Positions 26,220 to 35,411 of a DNA stretch of 64,000 nt are shown in pieces. This DNA comes from a virus. Every line of letters begins with the position of its first letter. Within the stretch, counting starts at the first letter, position 1. The notes below the pieces were generated by a model that searched no databases, had not been told where the DNA came from, and worked only from the letters and a program-made list of their open reading frames with translations. Position numbers and translations under genes: made by a program. The stretch covers positions 64,001 through 128,000 of the IMG/VR virus record IMGVR_UViG_3300036719_006047. The stretch is one strand, 5' to 3'.

Positions 26220-26318
26220 ATGAGCAGCGACTGCTTAAACGGGGACGACAAGTTTGACGCTTTTGTGGGCGATTTCGTGCAGCAAGAGTTACTCAACCCC
26301 ACACAAACAGGCAAGTAG
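26220..26318 (+). CDS. Small ORF (32 aa) not in the track
   Basis: GGAGG RBS; fills the gap exactly up to the next ATG. Confidence 0.55.
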   Translation: MSSDCLNGDDKFDAFVGDFVQQELLNPTQTGK

Positions 26319-26759
26319 ATGAGCAATTCTCTTGTACGTGACCCAAAGGTTGACTGGCGATTCAAGTCCCTCCTGAACACAGCTGACTCTTATCGGGCAG
26401 CGAAAGAGGATCGCCTCAAGGCAGGAGAAATTCTTCGTTCCGATTCGGGGATGCGTTCGTTCTGGCGCAGCTCGCTCCCTTCTGAGGAGGAGCGTCAAGC
26501 TGCGAAAGAAACCCTCGACGAAAAAGTAGGATTCAAGTCCTACTGTCCCTGTTGCAATCGGTACTACGGGTTCCCGTCTGCCTATTGCTCTGTCCAAGAA
26601 CACGGACTTTGCGGTACGTGCCGCCTCTTTGAAGAAGGCAAGTTTGATGGAGTGGAATCTTTCCGCCATCCGACACTCGAAGAGGCGATGTCAGTCAAAG
26701 AGGTTCGCCCGGCCGAGGGCTACGTCCTTCAGCAAGCTATCCGAGAGTTGCGTAAATGA
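26319..26759 (+). CDS. Hypothetical protein with CPCC...C..C zinc motif
   Basis: 146 aa. Confidence 0.7.
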   Translation: MSNSLVRDPKVDWRFKSLLNTADSYRAAKEDRLKAGEILRSDSGMRSFWRSSLPSEEERQAAKETLDEKVGFKSYCPCCNRYYGFPSAYCSVQEHGLCGTCRLFEEGKFDGVESFRHPTLEEAMSVKEVRPAEGYVLQQAIRELRK

Positions 26760-27043
26760 AGAATGACCTCGTTAGCGCAGGAAAGAATGAACTTGTTAGC
26801 AAGGGGAAGAAAGAAGTTGAGGCGCAGACAGAGAACTGCGCGAACAACAAAGGAAGCGACACTGACTGGCGGAAAGCCTACTTGACGTTGTGCCACTTGA
26901 TCGCTACTGATTTTATCTCCAGTCATAAAGTCTCGAACTATGTCGACAACATCAGAAAAACGTCAGGAGACGAAGCAGCAGATTCTCTCGTAAAAGTGTT
27001 CAATTCTCTTCGGACACAGTTCATGCAAGACTTCATGGGGTGA
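26756..27043 (+). CDS. Hypothetical protein
   Basis: ATGA overlap. Confidence 0.7.
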   Translation: MKNDLVSAGKNELVSKGKKEVEAQTENCANNKGSDTDWRKAYLTLCHLIATDFISSHKVSNYVDNIRKTSGDEAADSLVKVFNSLRTQFMQDFMG

Positions 27044-27046
27044 AAC

Positions 27047-27403
27047 ATGTTCACGTTCAGGTCGCCCGAATGGGCAAACAAAGAAGGCGCTCCTCGGGAC
27101 GGAGCCGGAATGCTGTCTCGCGCGCGCGACTTGGCGAGCAGCTACTACCCGCTCGGAGTCCAGACCGGTGTCCACGCCATGATTGAATGGTGTGGAGTCA
27201 TGGGAGAGCACGTGAAGATGCTGGAAGATGCGTTTGCTCAAGGAATTGAGCCCAACAACATCGATCAGCATTCAGGTGTGACCGTCAAAGCAAAACCCTA
27301 CAGGGTTGCCTACATCTGCGAGAAAATCGGTTGTCAGCTGAAGCCTTTCGTCAAGGCGGACGCTGATTTGTGGAAGCGTGAAATCAACAAGTGGTTCGAG
27401 TAG
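27047..27403 (+). CDS. Hypothetical protein
   Basis: 118 aa. Confidence 0.75.
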   Translation: MFTFRSPEWANKEGAPRDGAGMLSRARDLASSYYPLGVQTGVHAMIEWCGVMGEHVKMLEDAFAQGIEPNNIDQHSGVTVKAKPYRVAYICEKIGCQLKPFVKADADLWKREINKWFE

Positions 27404-27411
27404 GAGACATC

Positions 27412-27918
27412 ATGAACAGCATCAAGACCTTTTTCGTGGCGGCTGCGCTTACCCTCCCCTCTGTCGCCTCTGCGGGCAAGCTCGCGGAGGGCATCTTCGG
27501 CATCCCTTGGGGCGAGAAGACAGAGTTTCCCGCACCTTTCGAGGATTGCGTCAAGGACACTTCGAGCATCACGCCGTGGGAGTGTCAGCGCGAAATCGAC
27601 GGCATCAAGTTTGAGGTCGCTTTCGTGTGGGAGATGAACCTGTTTTACGGGGCCGCAATCCGCAGCAAGGACGGCTACGAGTCGTGTTCTCGCCTCCAGG
27701 ACATGCTGGAGGCCGCTTGGGGCAAGTCGTTCCCGACGTCTCGCTACCTGACCGGGAAGATGGACAACCGGGCGTGGAACGACGGGAGAGTGTCGGCTAC
27801 CTGGAAGTACAACACAGTGACCCACCACTGTGATGTCTTCGTCTTCCACCTCGACATGCTCGATACGATCAAGGCCGAAAAGAAGAAGAAGGCTGCGGAG
27901 GCGGCGTCCAAGTTCTGA
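27412..27918 (+). CDS. Secreted protein
   Basis: GGAG RBS; Sec signal ...SVASA; high GC3. Confidence 0.75.
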   Translation: MNSIKTFFVAAALTLPSVASAGKLAEGIFGIPWGEKTEFPAPFEDCVKDTSSITPWECQREIDGIKFEVAFVWEMNLFYGAAIRSKDGYESCSRLQDMLEAAWGKSFPTSRYLTGKMDNRAWNDGRVSATWKYNTVTHHCDVFVFHLDMLDTIKAEKKKKAAEAASKF

Positions 27919-27934
27919 GCAGACAAAGAAGGAG

Positions 27935-28516
27935 ATGATGATGGGCGACACACTGACTGAGTTGTTCGACACCCTCAACAAAGAAGTCGAAAATGCTGTC
28001 CGCTCTGAGGTTAGCCCCGACGTCTTGCGCGCCACGGCAACAGAGTGGGTCAGAAAGGTCAGCAATCAGAAAAACGAAGAGCTTCTCTTCAAGTTCTGCT
28101 CGCAGGAAGACGAACAGATCAAAGTGATCATCGAGGAAGCAGTCAGAGAATCAACAATGATTCACTTGGGACGTGAGATCGAAGACGCGATCACTCACGT
28201 CGTCGGGAAGCGGCTCCTCGAGATCACGAAGAAACGAAAGAAGAAGCTGGAGCAGATCCTCGAAGAGATGATCACTGTCGAGATGGTGGAAAACTACTTT
28301 CCTCGCGTCATAGAGCTGACTCACAGCAAAGTCGACGAGATCGCGCACAGACGTTTGCTCAAGCATTGCATCAAAGCTATCGCAACTGCTCGCATCAACG
28401 CAATCGTAAAAAGAGCAGCAGAAGTTGGAGTGAAGCTCGGAAGAACTCAAAGCAAAAATCTACAGCACGCTATCGAAACAGAGCTGCACAACACGACCCG
28501 ATGGAGGGGGCTGTGA
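27935..28516 (+). CDS. Hypothetical helical protein
   Basis: AGGAG RBS. Confidence 0.75.
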   Translation: MMMGDTLTELFDTLNKEVENAVRSEVSPDVLRATATEWVRKVSNQKNEELLFKFCSQEDEQIKVIIEEAVRESTMIHLGREIEDAITHVVGKRLLEITKKRKKKLEQILEEMITVEMVENYFPRVIELTHSKVDEIAHRRLLKHCIKAIATARINAIVKRAAEVGVKLGRTQSKNLQHAIETELHNTTRWRGL

Positions 28517-28902
28517 CGATCGAAGAATGGCTCAAAGAGAACAAAGTGAAATATGATGTTCTCTCCTTCCGCCACCTGGATACAGGGGAAGTCTTGGCGC
28601 GAACCAAGCTGGGAGAAGCGCCCAGTCGCAGGTTTCTGCGAGACCTGAACGGCGCTGTTCGTGAAATCACGACCTCAGAGAGGAAACACATCGCAGCGAA
28701 GGCGAAAGCTGATGCCCGCAAAACCCGAAATCGTGGATCTGTGCCTGTTCCGCCTGTGTCGCCAGATCAGCCGAGAGAAGGAGAAAGTGACGGCGAGAGT
28801 GCTTGTCTCCCACGCGTACTTCGAGCTCGTGGGCCCCACAAGCAAGCTTCGCGTAAGGTTCGCCATCACCCCCGATCTGCAAAGGCTCGCAGGAAGGGTT
28901 GA
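28513..28902 (+). CDS. Hypothetical protein (3' end overlaps the next gene by ~190 nt)
   Basis: GGAGG RBS and GTGA coupling. Confidence 0.55.
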   Translation: MTIEEWLKENKVKYDVLSFRHLDTGEVLARTKLGEAPSRRFLRDLNGAVREITTSERKHIAAKAKADARKTRNRGSVPVPPVSPDQPREGESDGESACLPRVLRARGPHKQASRKVRHHPRSAKARRKG

Positions 28903-29281
28903 AGTTTCTCTGCCTCATGTCCAGTTTAGCTGGCAAGGCGCAACTGCTGGAAGGGAGCTGTTACAGCCTTTGGGCCGTTTGATGGGGAAAAACTACGGGA
29001 TGTATCCCATCACCTCCAAGGGTTACTACATCAACTATCCCGAGTTCGAAGAGATCGAAAAAGGAGAAAGAGAGACCGCGTGGAGGTCTCTTGTCTTGAG
29101 AGACAGCAAAGACAACGGAATACTTGTTTTTCGGTCGCCTGAATTCCAAGAGCGCAGGATTTCTTGGTTGCAGTCAACCGTCAGGCCGTTGGCCCCTGAA
29201 CTTGCAGACGAAGAAGAAGTTCGGCAAGCGGACATTGAGGAAATCCTCCGTGTTCAGCACCTTCAATCCACCACCAAGTGA
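28712..29281 (+). CDS. Hypothetical protein
   Basis: 189 aa from ATG 28712. Confidence 0.65.
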   Translation: MPAKPEIVDLCLFRLCRQISREKEKVTARVLVSHAYFELVGPTSKLRVRFAITPDLQRLAGRVEVSLPHVQFSWQGATAGRELLQPLGRLMGKNYGMYPITSKGYYINYPEFEEIEKGERETAWRSLVLRDSKDNGILVFRSPEFQERRISWLQSTVRPLAPELADEEEVRQADIEEILRVQHLQSTTK

Positions 29282-29292
29282 GATGCACAGAG

Positions 29293-29979
29293 ATGCACTT
29301 TTCAAGCGCTGTTCAGTTGTGGGAGAGTGCTCGGCAGGGTCTTGTCCTTCCCGTCGAGACGATCCAGCAGTATGTGAGTGGCCTGGCTGCGCGTGCTGGC
29401 GGTGTTCATCGCGAGTGTTGGACTCGCTACCTGAAGCTGGCTCGCGCGCTCGATGTGCCGTGGGCAGTTCGTTTGCGGACTGCTCTCGATCGCCGGCTCC
29501 CCTGTCCCGGGGCTTGGTGCGGCCGCCATGAGTTTTACGAGTCGTGGCGTAGCCAGATGGTTGGCTGGTACGAGATGTTCTTGCTCGGCCCCATGAACAT
29601 CAACAGCGACACCGCTCCTCCTGCAGTGCGAGAAGGTCTTGTCGTGTTCCGCGACAACGTCCTTTCTTGTGCTCAGTTCGACGGTTCTTTGCTGTTGGTG
29701 TTCATCGAGAACGTCGACAAGGACAACGCCCGAATCACAAGCATCTTCGACATCTCGTTCGACGACACCATCACTGTTGCGTTCGGCAACAACACGGAGA
29801 TGACAAAGTTCGAGGACACGCCTGAGCCCGTGCCTGTTGTCCGTGCCCACTTCAAGCTCAAGGACTTCCCCGATATCCTTTGGGGCCAGGCGTACGAGAG
29901 TGACAAACCTGTGCGTGATGACAGTGCGCAAGCACGCGAACTGATCGAGAAACTTGCCCCCAACACCCTGTCCAAGTGA
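29293..29979 (+). CDS. Hypothetical protein
   Basis: 228 aa. Confidence 0.7.
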   Translation: MHFSSAVQLWESARQGLVLPVETIQQYVSGLAARAGGVHRECWTRYLKLARALDVPWAVRLRTALDRRLPCPGAWCGRHEFYESWRSQMVGWYEMFLLGPMNINSDTAPPAVREGLVVFRDNVLSCAQFDGSLLLVFIENVDKDNARITSIFDISFDDTITVAFGNNTEMTKFEDTPEPVPVVRAHFKLKDFPDILWGQAYESDKPVRDDSAQARELIEKLAPNTLSK

Positions 29980-29990
29980 GGAACATCAAC

Positions 29991-32411
29991 ATGACCACCA
30001 TCAAGTCCCTGACTGAGATCCGCTACACCAAGATCGACCTGTCCGACTTCGGCATCAAGCCCGCAGAGGTGCTGACCCCTGCGCACCACATCGTCGTCGT
30101 GGACCGCTCCGGTTCCATGTACTCCGACATCACTCACGCGCGCGACATGCTCATCCAGACCTTCGCCACCGCCACGGTGCTGAAGCCGCACGTCAAGGTG
30201 AGCTTGCTGTCCTTCTCCTCGGAAGGTGATCTGACGTCGCACTTCGAGAAGGTGCCGGCGACCGACGTCTCGGATCCCAAGTACGTCAGCGCGATCAAGA
30301 GCATTCACGCAACCGCGTTGACGTGCATCTCGCAAGGCATGCTCGCCGCGCTCAAGCTCGTGACGCCGGCAGAGCCGACGGCCATCACCTTGTTGACCGA
30401 CGGCTACGCCAACGACCGCTCGCCGTCCACCGAGATCGCGAAGCTCAACGCCTTCGTCGAGGAGGCCCGCATCATCCCCGGCTTGTTCGTCAACTGCATC
30501 GGCTTCCGCAGCTGGTGCGATTGGAACCTGATGCAGAAGATCGCATCGAACTTGGGCGGCAAGTGCGGCGAGGCAAAGACCTTCCTGGACGTGCACAAGG
30601 TGCTGTTCGAGGTCAACACAGCGCTGTCCGGCAACGTCTCGCCCATCATCAGCATCGGGCAGCCGGACGCGGAAGGTACGCTCCTCGCGGTCTGCCTCAA
30701 GCCCGAGAAGGTGGTCATGGCCAAGAAGGGCAAAGAGCTGATCTTGCCTTTCTTCGACACGAGCCTTGGCGACATCGATAAGATCATTCAGGTGTTCAAC
30801 ATCACCCCGAAAGGCGCTGAGAGCTACAAGAAGGCGGCGAAGTTTACGAACACCCTCAAGGCGGACAACGCGGAAGAAGCTTTCCGGGTTCTCGCGGCCT
30901 ACGCTTCCGCCCTCGTCGGTTCGCGTGAGCTGCGTCTGGCCAAGGAGTTGCTGTTCCTGAGCGGCAACAAGTCGCTTTACGAGGAGTACTGCACCGCCAT
31001 CACGCCGCTCGACCTCGTCGGAATGCAGATGGCGCTCGAGGAGTGGGCCTACATCGGCAGCACCCACTACACGATGGGCAAGAACATGAAGCCCAAGCTC
31101 ACGTTGTCGGATCTCGAAAAGCTGCTGTCAGCGACGACACCGCATCTGGGTTTCGACTTCGAGATCGATACCGACAAGTTCTGGGAGGTGTACACCCGGC
31201 GCAGCACCTCCCGGGTCGAGGGCACCGTCAACGAGCACGGAGAGCACATCCCGTTGCAGTTTGAGCTGTACGCGACCAACGCGCCTCAGATTCGCGGCTT
31301 GTCGATCAACACGAGCGAGGCGACCATTCAGGTGGAGACGGTGTCGCCTGCACTGGTGCGGGACAAGACCAACGGTCAGACGCTGATGAACTGCGAAGGC
31401 GTCAGCCTCATGAACCTCAAGAGCTACCGCAGCTTCACCCTCATGAGCAGCGGTGCTTGGAACATCCGCTACCTTCCCGTCAAGCCGGTCAACCGTGCCG
31501 GCGCCGAGAAGCTGTGCAGCATGTTCCCTGACGCCAACCGCAAGAGCGTCGATGTCGGTGACAGCTACCTGATCGACCTCAAGAAGTTCAACGCGGTCAA
31601 TCCCGAGGCGACTGCGACCTGGGCTGCGGTGCAGGCCGCAGCTTCCTCGATGGCAGTTTACACGGCCAACATCAAGTTCTACAGCGCGATGCTCAGCAAG
31701 GCCGATGCGTCTCCCTTCTCGGAGAAGCAGGTCAGTGAGCTGAAGCGCTTCTACTTGACGCCGGCCTTGTACTGGTCGCCGCCCACCGTCGAGAAGTACA
31801 AGATCAAGGATGCCGACGGCGGGGTCGGTCTCGATCACGCCATCAAGACGGGCAAGGTCGACATGTACACCCGGTTCTCGGTGTCGTTCGGCACGAACAA
31901 GATCCTCACCAAGGACGAGTTCCCGAGCGCCAACGAGTTCCTGGCCAAGTTCTACTTCGTCACCGAGGCCGGAGGCGCCAAGATCGCCAAGCCCAAGGTG
32001 CAAGACCTCCTGCAAGGAGGGAAGTTCGAGCTCAAGCCCTTCGCAGAGAACCGCATGAGCCATGCGCACAAGCTGATGAAGGCCGTTCTCGAGAACATCG
32101 ACTTCGGCAAGATCAAGCAGTCCGAGATCGCCACGAAGCTCAAGGGGTTCGAGGCCGACCGGGAACGGGCCTACAGCGAGCTTCAAGGCATCACGCTCTA
32201 CATCGGCTGCCTCGGCATGCTGCCCGAAGAGCTGGAAGCCGAAGGCGTCGTCGCTCTCACTGGAGAGGAGCTGGAGCAGAAGACGGGCGGGAAGCTCTCG
32301 AAAGATGAGCGGAACGGGATGTTCTTCATGCTCAGCAACGGACACGAACAGGACGGGGGAGAGTACGGGATCATCGGAGTCACCCCCAGCAACGCGTACT
32401 TCTCCCGATAG
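29991..32411 (+). CDS. Large vWA-domain protein
   Basis: MIDAS VVDRSGSM, LTCIS, LLTDG; GAGG RBS; very high GC3. Confidence 0.88.
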   Translation: MTTIKSLTEIRYTKIDLSDFGIKPAEVLTPAHHIVVVDRSGSMYSDITHARDMLIQTFATATVLKPHVKVSLLSFSSEGDLTSHFEKVPATDVSDPKYVSAIKSIHATALTCISQGMLAALKLVTPAEPTAITLLTDGYANDRSPSTEIAKLNAFVEEARIIPGLFVNCIGFRSWCDWNLMQKIASNLGGKCGEAKTFLDVHKVLFEVNTALSGNVSPIISIGQPDAEGTLLAVCLKPEKVVMAKKGKELILPFFDTSLGDIDKIIQVFNITPKGAESYKKAAKFTNTLKADNAEEAFRVLAAYASALVGSRELRLAKELLFLSGNKSLYEEYCTAITPLDLVGMQMALEEWAYIGSTHYTMGKNMKPKLTLSDLEKLLSATTPHLGFDFEIDTDKFWEVYTRRSTSRVEGTVNEHGEHIPLQFELYATNAPQIRGLSINTSEATIQVETVSPALVRDKTNGQTLMNCEGVSLMNLKSYRSFTLMSSGAWNIRYLPVKPVNRAGAEKLCSMFPDANRKSVDVGDSYLIDLKKFNAVNPEATATWAAVQAAASSMAVYTANIKFYSAMLSKADASPFSEKQVSELKRFYLTPALYWSPPTVEKYKIKDADGGVGLDHAIKTGKVDMYTRFSVSFGTNKILTKDEFPSANEFLAKFYFVTEAGGAKIAKPKVQDLLQGGKFELKPFAENRMSHAHKLMKAVLENIDFGKIKQSEIATKLKGFEADRERAYSELQGITLYIGCLGMLPEELEAEGVVALTGEELEQKTGGKLSKDERNGMFFMLSNGHEQDGGEYGIIGVTPSNAYFSR

Positions 32412-32572
32412 GCGTAAGTGTTAATCGATATTGGTTAACACCTACCAAAATAGTACAACTACGTAGTCAACTTTGCTCCGAAAAGTGACTTAGCGGGCGG
32501 GCTACGACGTGCATCAGCGGCACGTCGTAGCTAAACCGCGAACGTCAGATTTTTAGAAAAGTTGCGATAACG

Positions 32573-32578
32573 TATAAT
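32573..32578 (+). promoter_or_regulatory. Consensus -10 box in the left inverted-repeat arm
   Basis: TATAAT; no canonical -35. Confidence 0.5.
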
Positions 32579-32960
32579 AGGATAAACAAACACAGTTATC
32601 GCGTGCACATCGGTCAGAGAAACAAGGACCTCAGACACCCCACACGGGCCCTCGAACCACCAAACAGGACCCTCCTTCCCCTTGACGGACCTTGACTCTC
32701 TCACTACGACAGAACTCGCAGGAACCTCTCCCGACAGACTCCCTTCACCAGGGCTATCTCGACGGAATTCAAGCTCTTTGACACTCCAAAACCTGCACCA
32801 GCAGCCCCATCATGCATGAGTATAAGACGAATGCAGGGTGGGGCGCTTTTGTTTTCACAAACGAATATGAAAGTCGTTTTCAGTTGCTTCTTGAATTACT
32901 GTTGGAGGGATACTGATTTCTCTGACCGACGTGCACGCGATAACTGTGTTCTGTTAATCG

Positions 32961-32966
32961 ATTATA
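32961..32966 (-). promoter_or_regulatory. Consensus -10 box in the right arm, facing the left one
   Basis: ATTATA on + strand, inside palindrome GTTAAT-N9-ATTAAC. Confidence 0.45.
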
Positions 32967-33198
32967 CATTAACGGGACTGAGAGCAGCCGTTTATCGGGA
33001 CTGCGAAGAGAGCTGTGTCGCCGAAGTTGTCGGCAGCGAGCACAACGCAGAGAAGAGCTGTCGCTGGGAAGGAAATAACGAGATGGGCGGGAAACGCACT
33101 TTTCGAGGCCAATTTTCGTAAGTGTTAATGGCTATATGGGTATTACTTACCCGAGTAGGTCGTGTGCCACACGATAGCTCTCACGAAGAGGAGGGTGT

Positions 33199-33630
33199 AT
33201 GTACTTCAACTACAACGTGGCTCCGGGAAGAATAACGATCGTGAAATGGTCGAGTGAATACTTGATCGGCTTCTCGGTTGTGTTCGCGCCGAACGAGAAC
33301 AACGAGATCGTGTCGGACAAGGTCATCATTCAGGCAAAGCAAGAGTTGTACGGTTGGTGCGTGAATGGCTCGATGGTAAGCTACTGTGGGCTACACAATG
33401 TCACCAACCCGATAATGCTGGATGGGATGAACGCCCTGTCTCTGCCCAAAATCAAGAAACTCCAAAAGTTGTTTGAGCCCTCATTCCAAGGAGAGCGCTT
33501 CGTATTCATCGCGGAGTGCGGATTGCACAGCGAGCCAGAGTTGTTGTTCCAGTGTGAGATGAAGCCTCTCGTAATACAGAGGGGCATGTACAACGTAGAA
33601 AGACCAGTGACTCCATTCAAGCCGAAGTGA
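33199..33630 (+). CDS. Hypothetical protein
   Basis: GGAGG RBS, 143 aa. Confidence 0.75.
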   Translation: MYFNYNVAPGRITIVKWSSEYLIGFSVVFAPNENNEIVSDKVIIQAKQELYGWCVNGSMVSYCGLHNVTNPIMLDGMNALSLPKIKKLQKLFEPSFQGERFVFIAECGLHSEPELLFQCEMKPLVIQRGMYNVERPVTPFKPK

Positions 33631-33639
33631 GGGAATGCG

Positions 33640-34506
33640 ATGAGCAAGCACGTAGAGCACAAAATTCAGGTAGTCGAGTCGACTTACTACGCTCGCGGGG
33701 TGACGTTGTCGTTCACGACTGAGCTGTGGCGAAACGAGAGCAAATTCGATTCCGAGCATCTGCTCGAATTGTTCTCAAAAATAATCAGCATCGTCGTGAG
33801 AGAGCGCACCGAAGAAATGAACGACATCCAGCCCAGGCTGGGATGGCGCGCAAAGAGGTTGCGCTTCTGCTTGGATTTTGGGTGCAGCACAGGGCAAATC
33901 TACAAGTTCAACTCGCTGGCGAAAGACATTCACACAATACACTCAGAGGAAGAAAGCAAAGCCGAAGAGGAGAGGTTGATTTTCATCCCAGGGAACCTGC
34001 CCGACGTGATGAAGAACATGTCCGCAGGAGAGCTCATAGCGCACTCCATTGAATCGGTCGATGCGGTAGAAATCAGCGTCGACACTTTGCTCGATAAGTC
34101 GTTATACGCAGTCATCTACAATGCGACCGAGCTCAGCAAGTACCGGTCAAGTTCGATTTTGTCGAGCAAAGAAAGCATAGTCGAGGAAGTGAAAGCGGTC
34201 AGGTCCAAGATCAAAGTCTACCAAGAGAGGCAGCGCCTCAACGCTTTCCGCGCTCCTGAGAAGATTAAGGTAGAGATAAGAAACAAGCTGAGATCGCTGA
34301 CGAACAAGGCCGGGGGCACTTTCTACTACGCAGAGCACAACGCAAACGACATCAAAGTGAGACTGAAGCTGGTCGAAGAAATGCTCGAGAAGAGCGGCGT
34401 CAGCGAGGAGATGAAGAGCAATGTGCAGGCTGCTTTGAAGCGCATAGAAGCAGTTCGCGCAGAGCTGAAGGCAGTCAAAGAACTTGTCGAGAAGGAGCTG
34501 CTGTGA
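33640..34506 (+). CDS. W[RK]N-motif paralog 1
   Basis: ELWRNESKFDSEHLL; C-terminal coiled coil. Confidence 0.8.
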   Translation: MSKHVEHKIQVVESTYYARGVTLSFTTELWRNESKFDSEHLLELFSKIISIVVRERTEEMNDIQPRLGWRAKRLRFCLDFGCSTGQIYKFNSLAKDIHTIHSEEESKAEEERLIFIPGNLPDVMKNMSAGELIAHSIESVDAVEISVDTLLDKSLYAVIYNATELSKYRSSSILSSKESIVEEVKAVRSKIKVYQERQRLNAFRAPEKIKVEIRNKLRSLTNKAGGTFYYAEHNANDIKVRLKLVEEMLEKSGVSEEMKSNVQAALKRIEAVRAELKAVKELVEKELL

Positions 34507-35411
34507 CTGAAAGGGCTGACACAACCATAGTTTCGAGAAGCTTCACGATAGGCAGGCCACAAAATACAAGAACAATTTGTTTCGAGGTGTGGCGAAACAG
34601 GAGCCTTTTCGACAGCGAGGACCTGCTGAGCATCCTTTGCGGGTACTACAGCAAGTTGCTGAACTGCACGTTCGACGCTGATTTCGACCCAGAAGGCGAA
34701 GCTGCTTTCCTGGCAGGCATGCCAGAAAAAGTAGTTGTAGGCGTAGTAGCGGACTGTGTGGCCAACAACCATGCAGGCATAATTGTAATCCGGTTTGGCG
34801 AACTCACTGAGGCCGTTGTAGCGGAGAGACAGCTGGTAGAAAAGTCGACAAAAATGTTCTTCTTGAGAGTTTCGCTGCCCGACCCTCGAACTTCCCTTTC
34901 CGCGAGCGAGCTGTTCGCTGCTTCCACAGAAGAGAACGAAAGTCTGGTACTCAGCTTGAAGCAGCTCGGGATAAAAAGTCTACTCGATGCGTCTTCTGTC
35001 AGCGTGACGACGAGCATGCTGAACAAGACGTTCTTCTACCGATCAGAACTGAAAGAGAAGTTTACTCTGGTTGCGGAAGCTCTTCAGAAAGAAATACCTA
35101 CCGTTGTCGTCCACGCCAAAAAGAGGAACGTAGATGCGTTCTGCAGTGCGAGCACGAAGAGCTCGATCGCAGAGAACAGGTGCAGGCAGCTGTGGGAGTC
35201 TTCAGGGCCTCTCATGAAAGCATCGCAAGCGATCAAGAATGCTGAATTTATGTGTCTCGAAACGCAGCGACTCGCAGAAAGAGCGATGGACGCAGGGTCG
35301 AGCTCAGACGCGGTCCACAAAGTGAAGCGAATATCGAGTGAGTTAGCAGAAATCCAAAAAAGAATAGACGAAATCATCAGCGAGGCAGAGAAAATCGAAT
35401 GGCAATCGTGA
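34503..35411 (+). CDS. W[RK]N-motif paralog 2
   Basis: EVWRNRSLFDSEDLL. Confidence 0.8.
   Translation: MTERADTTIVSRSFTIGRPQNTRTICFEVWRNRSLFDSEDLLSILCGYYSKLLNCTFDADFDPEGEAAFLAGMPEKVVVGVVADCVANNHAGIIVIRFGELTEAVVAERQLVEKSTKMFFLRVSLPDPRTSLSASELFAASTEENESLVLSLKQLGIKSLLDASSVSVTTSMLNKTFFYRSELKEKFTLVAEALQKEIPTVVVHAKKRNVDAFCSASTKSSIAENRCRQLWESSGPLMKASQAIKNAEFMCLETQRLAERAMDAGSSSDAVHKVKRISSELAEIQKRIDEIISEAEKIEWQS

Larger units (their letters stand above)
32413..33151. repeat. Complex intergenic element: outer ~35-nt direct repeats, 12-bp hairpin, and a 58-bp inverted repeat with a 34-bp near-perfect core
   Basis: CGTAAGTGTTAAT...TACC at 32413 and 33117; GCTACGACGTGC/GCACGTCGTAGC at 32501-32531; arms 32565-32622 and 32917-32974. 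Confidence 0.9.

Noticed and set aside
28513-28902. Programmed frameshift explaining the long overlaps at 28712 and at 63430-63548
   Set aside because: No slippery heptamer was identified; out-of-frame TGA within TGATG or GTGA arises easily by chance, and stop loss or an indel error is simpler.
32565-33630. Complete retron
   Set aside because: The downstream ORF has no YxDD or RT motifs, and no long msd stem-loop is evident.
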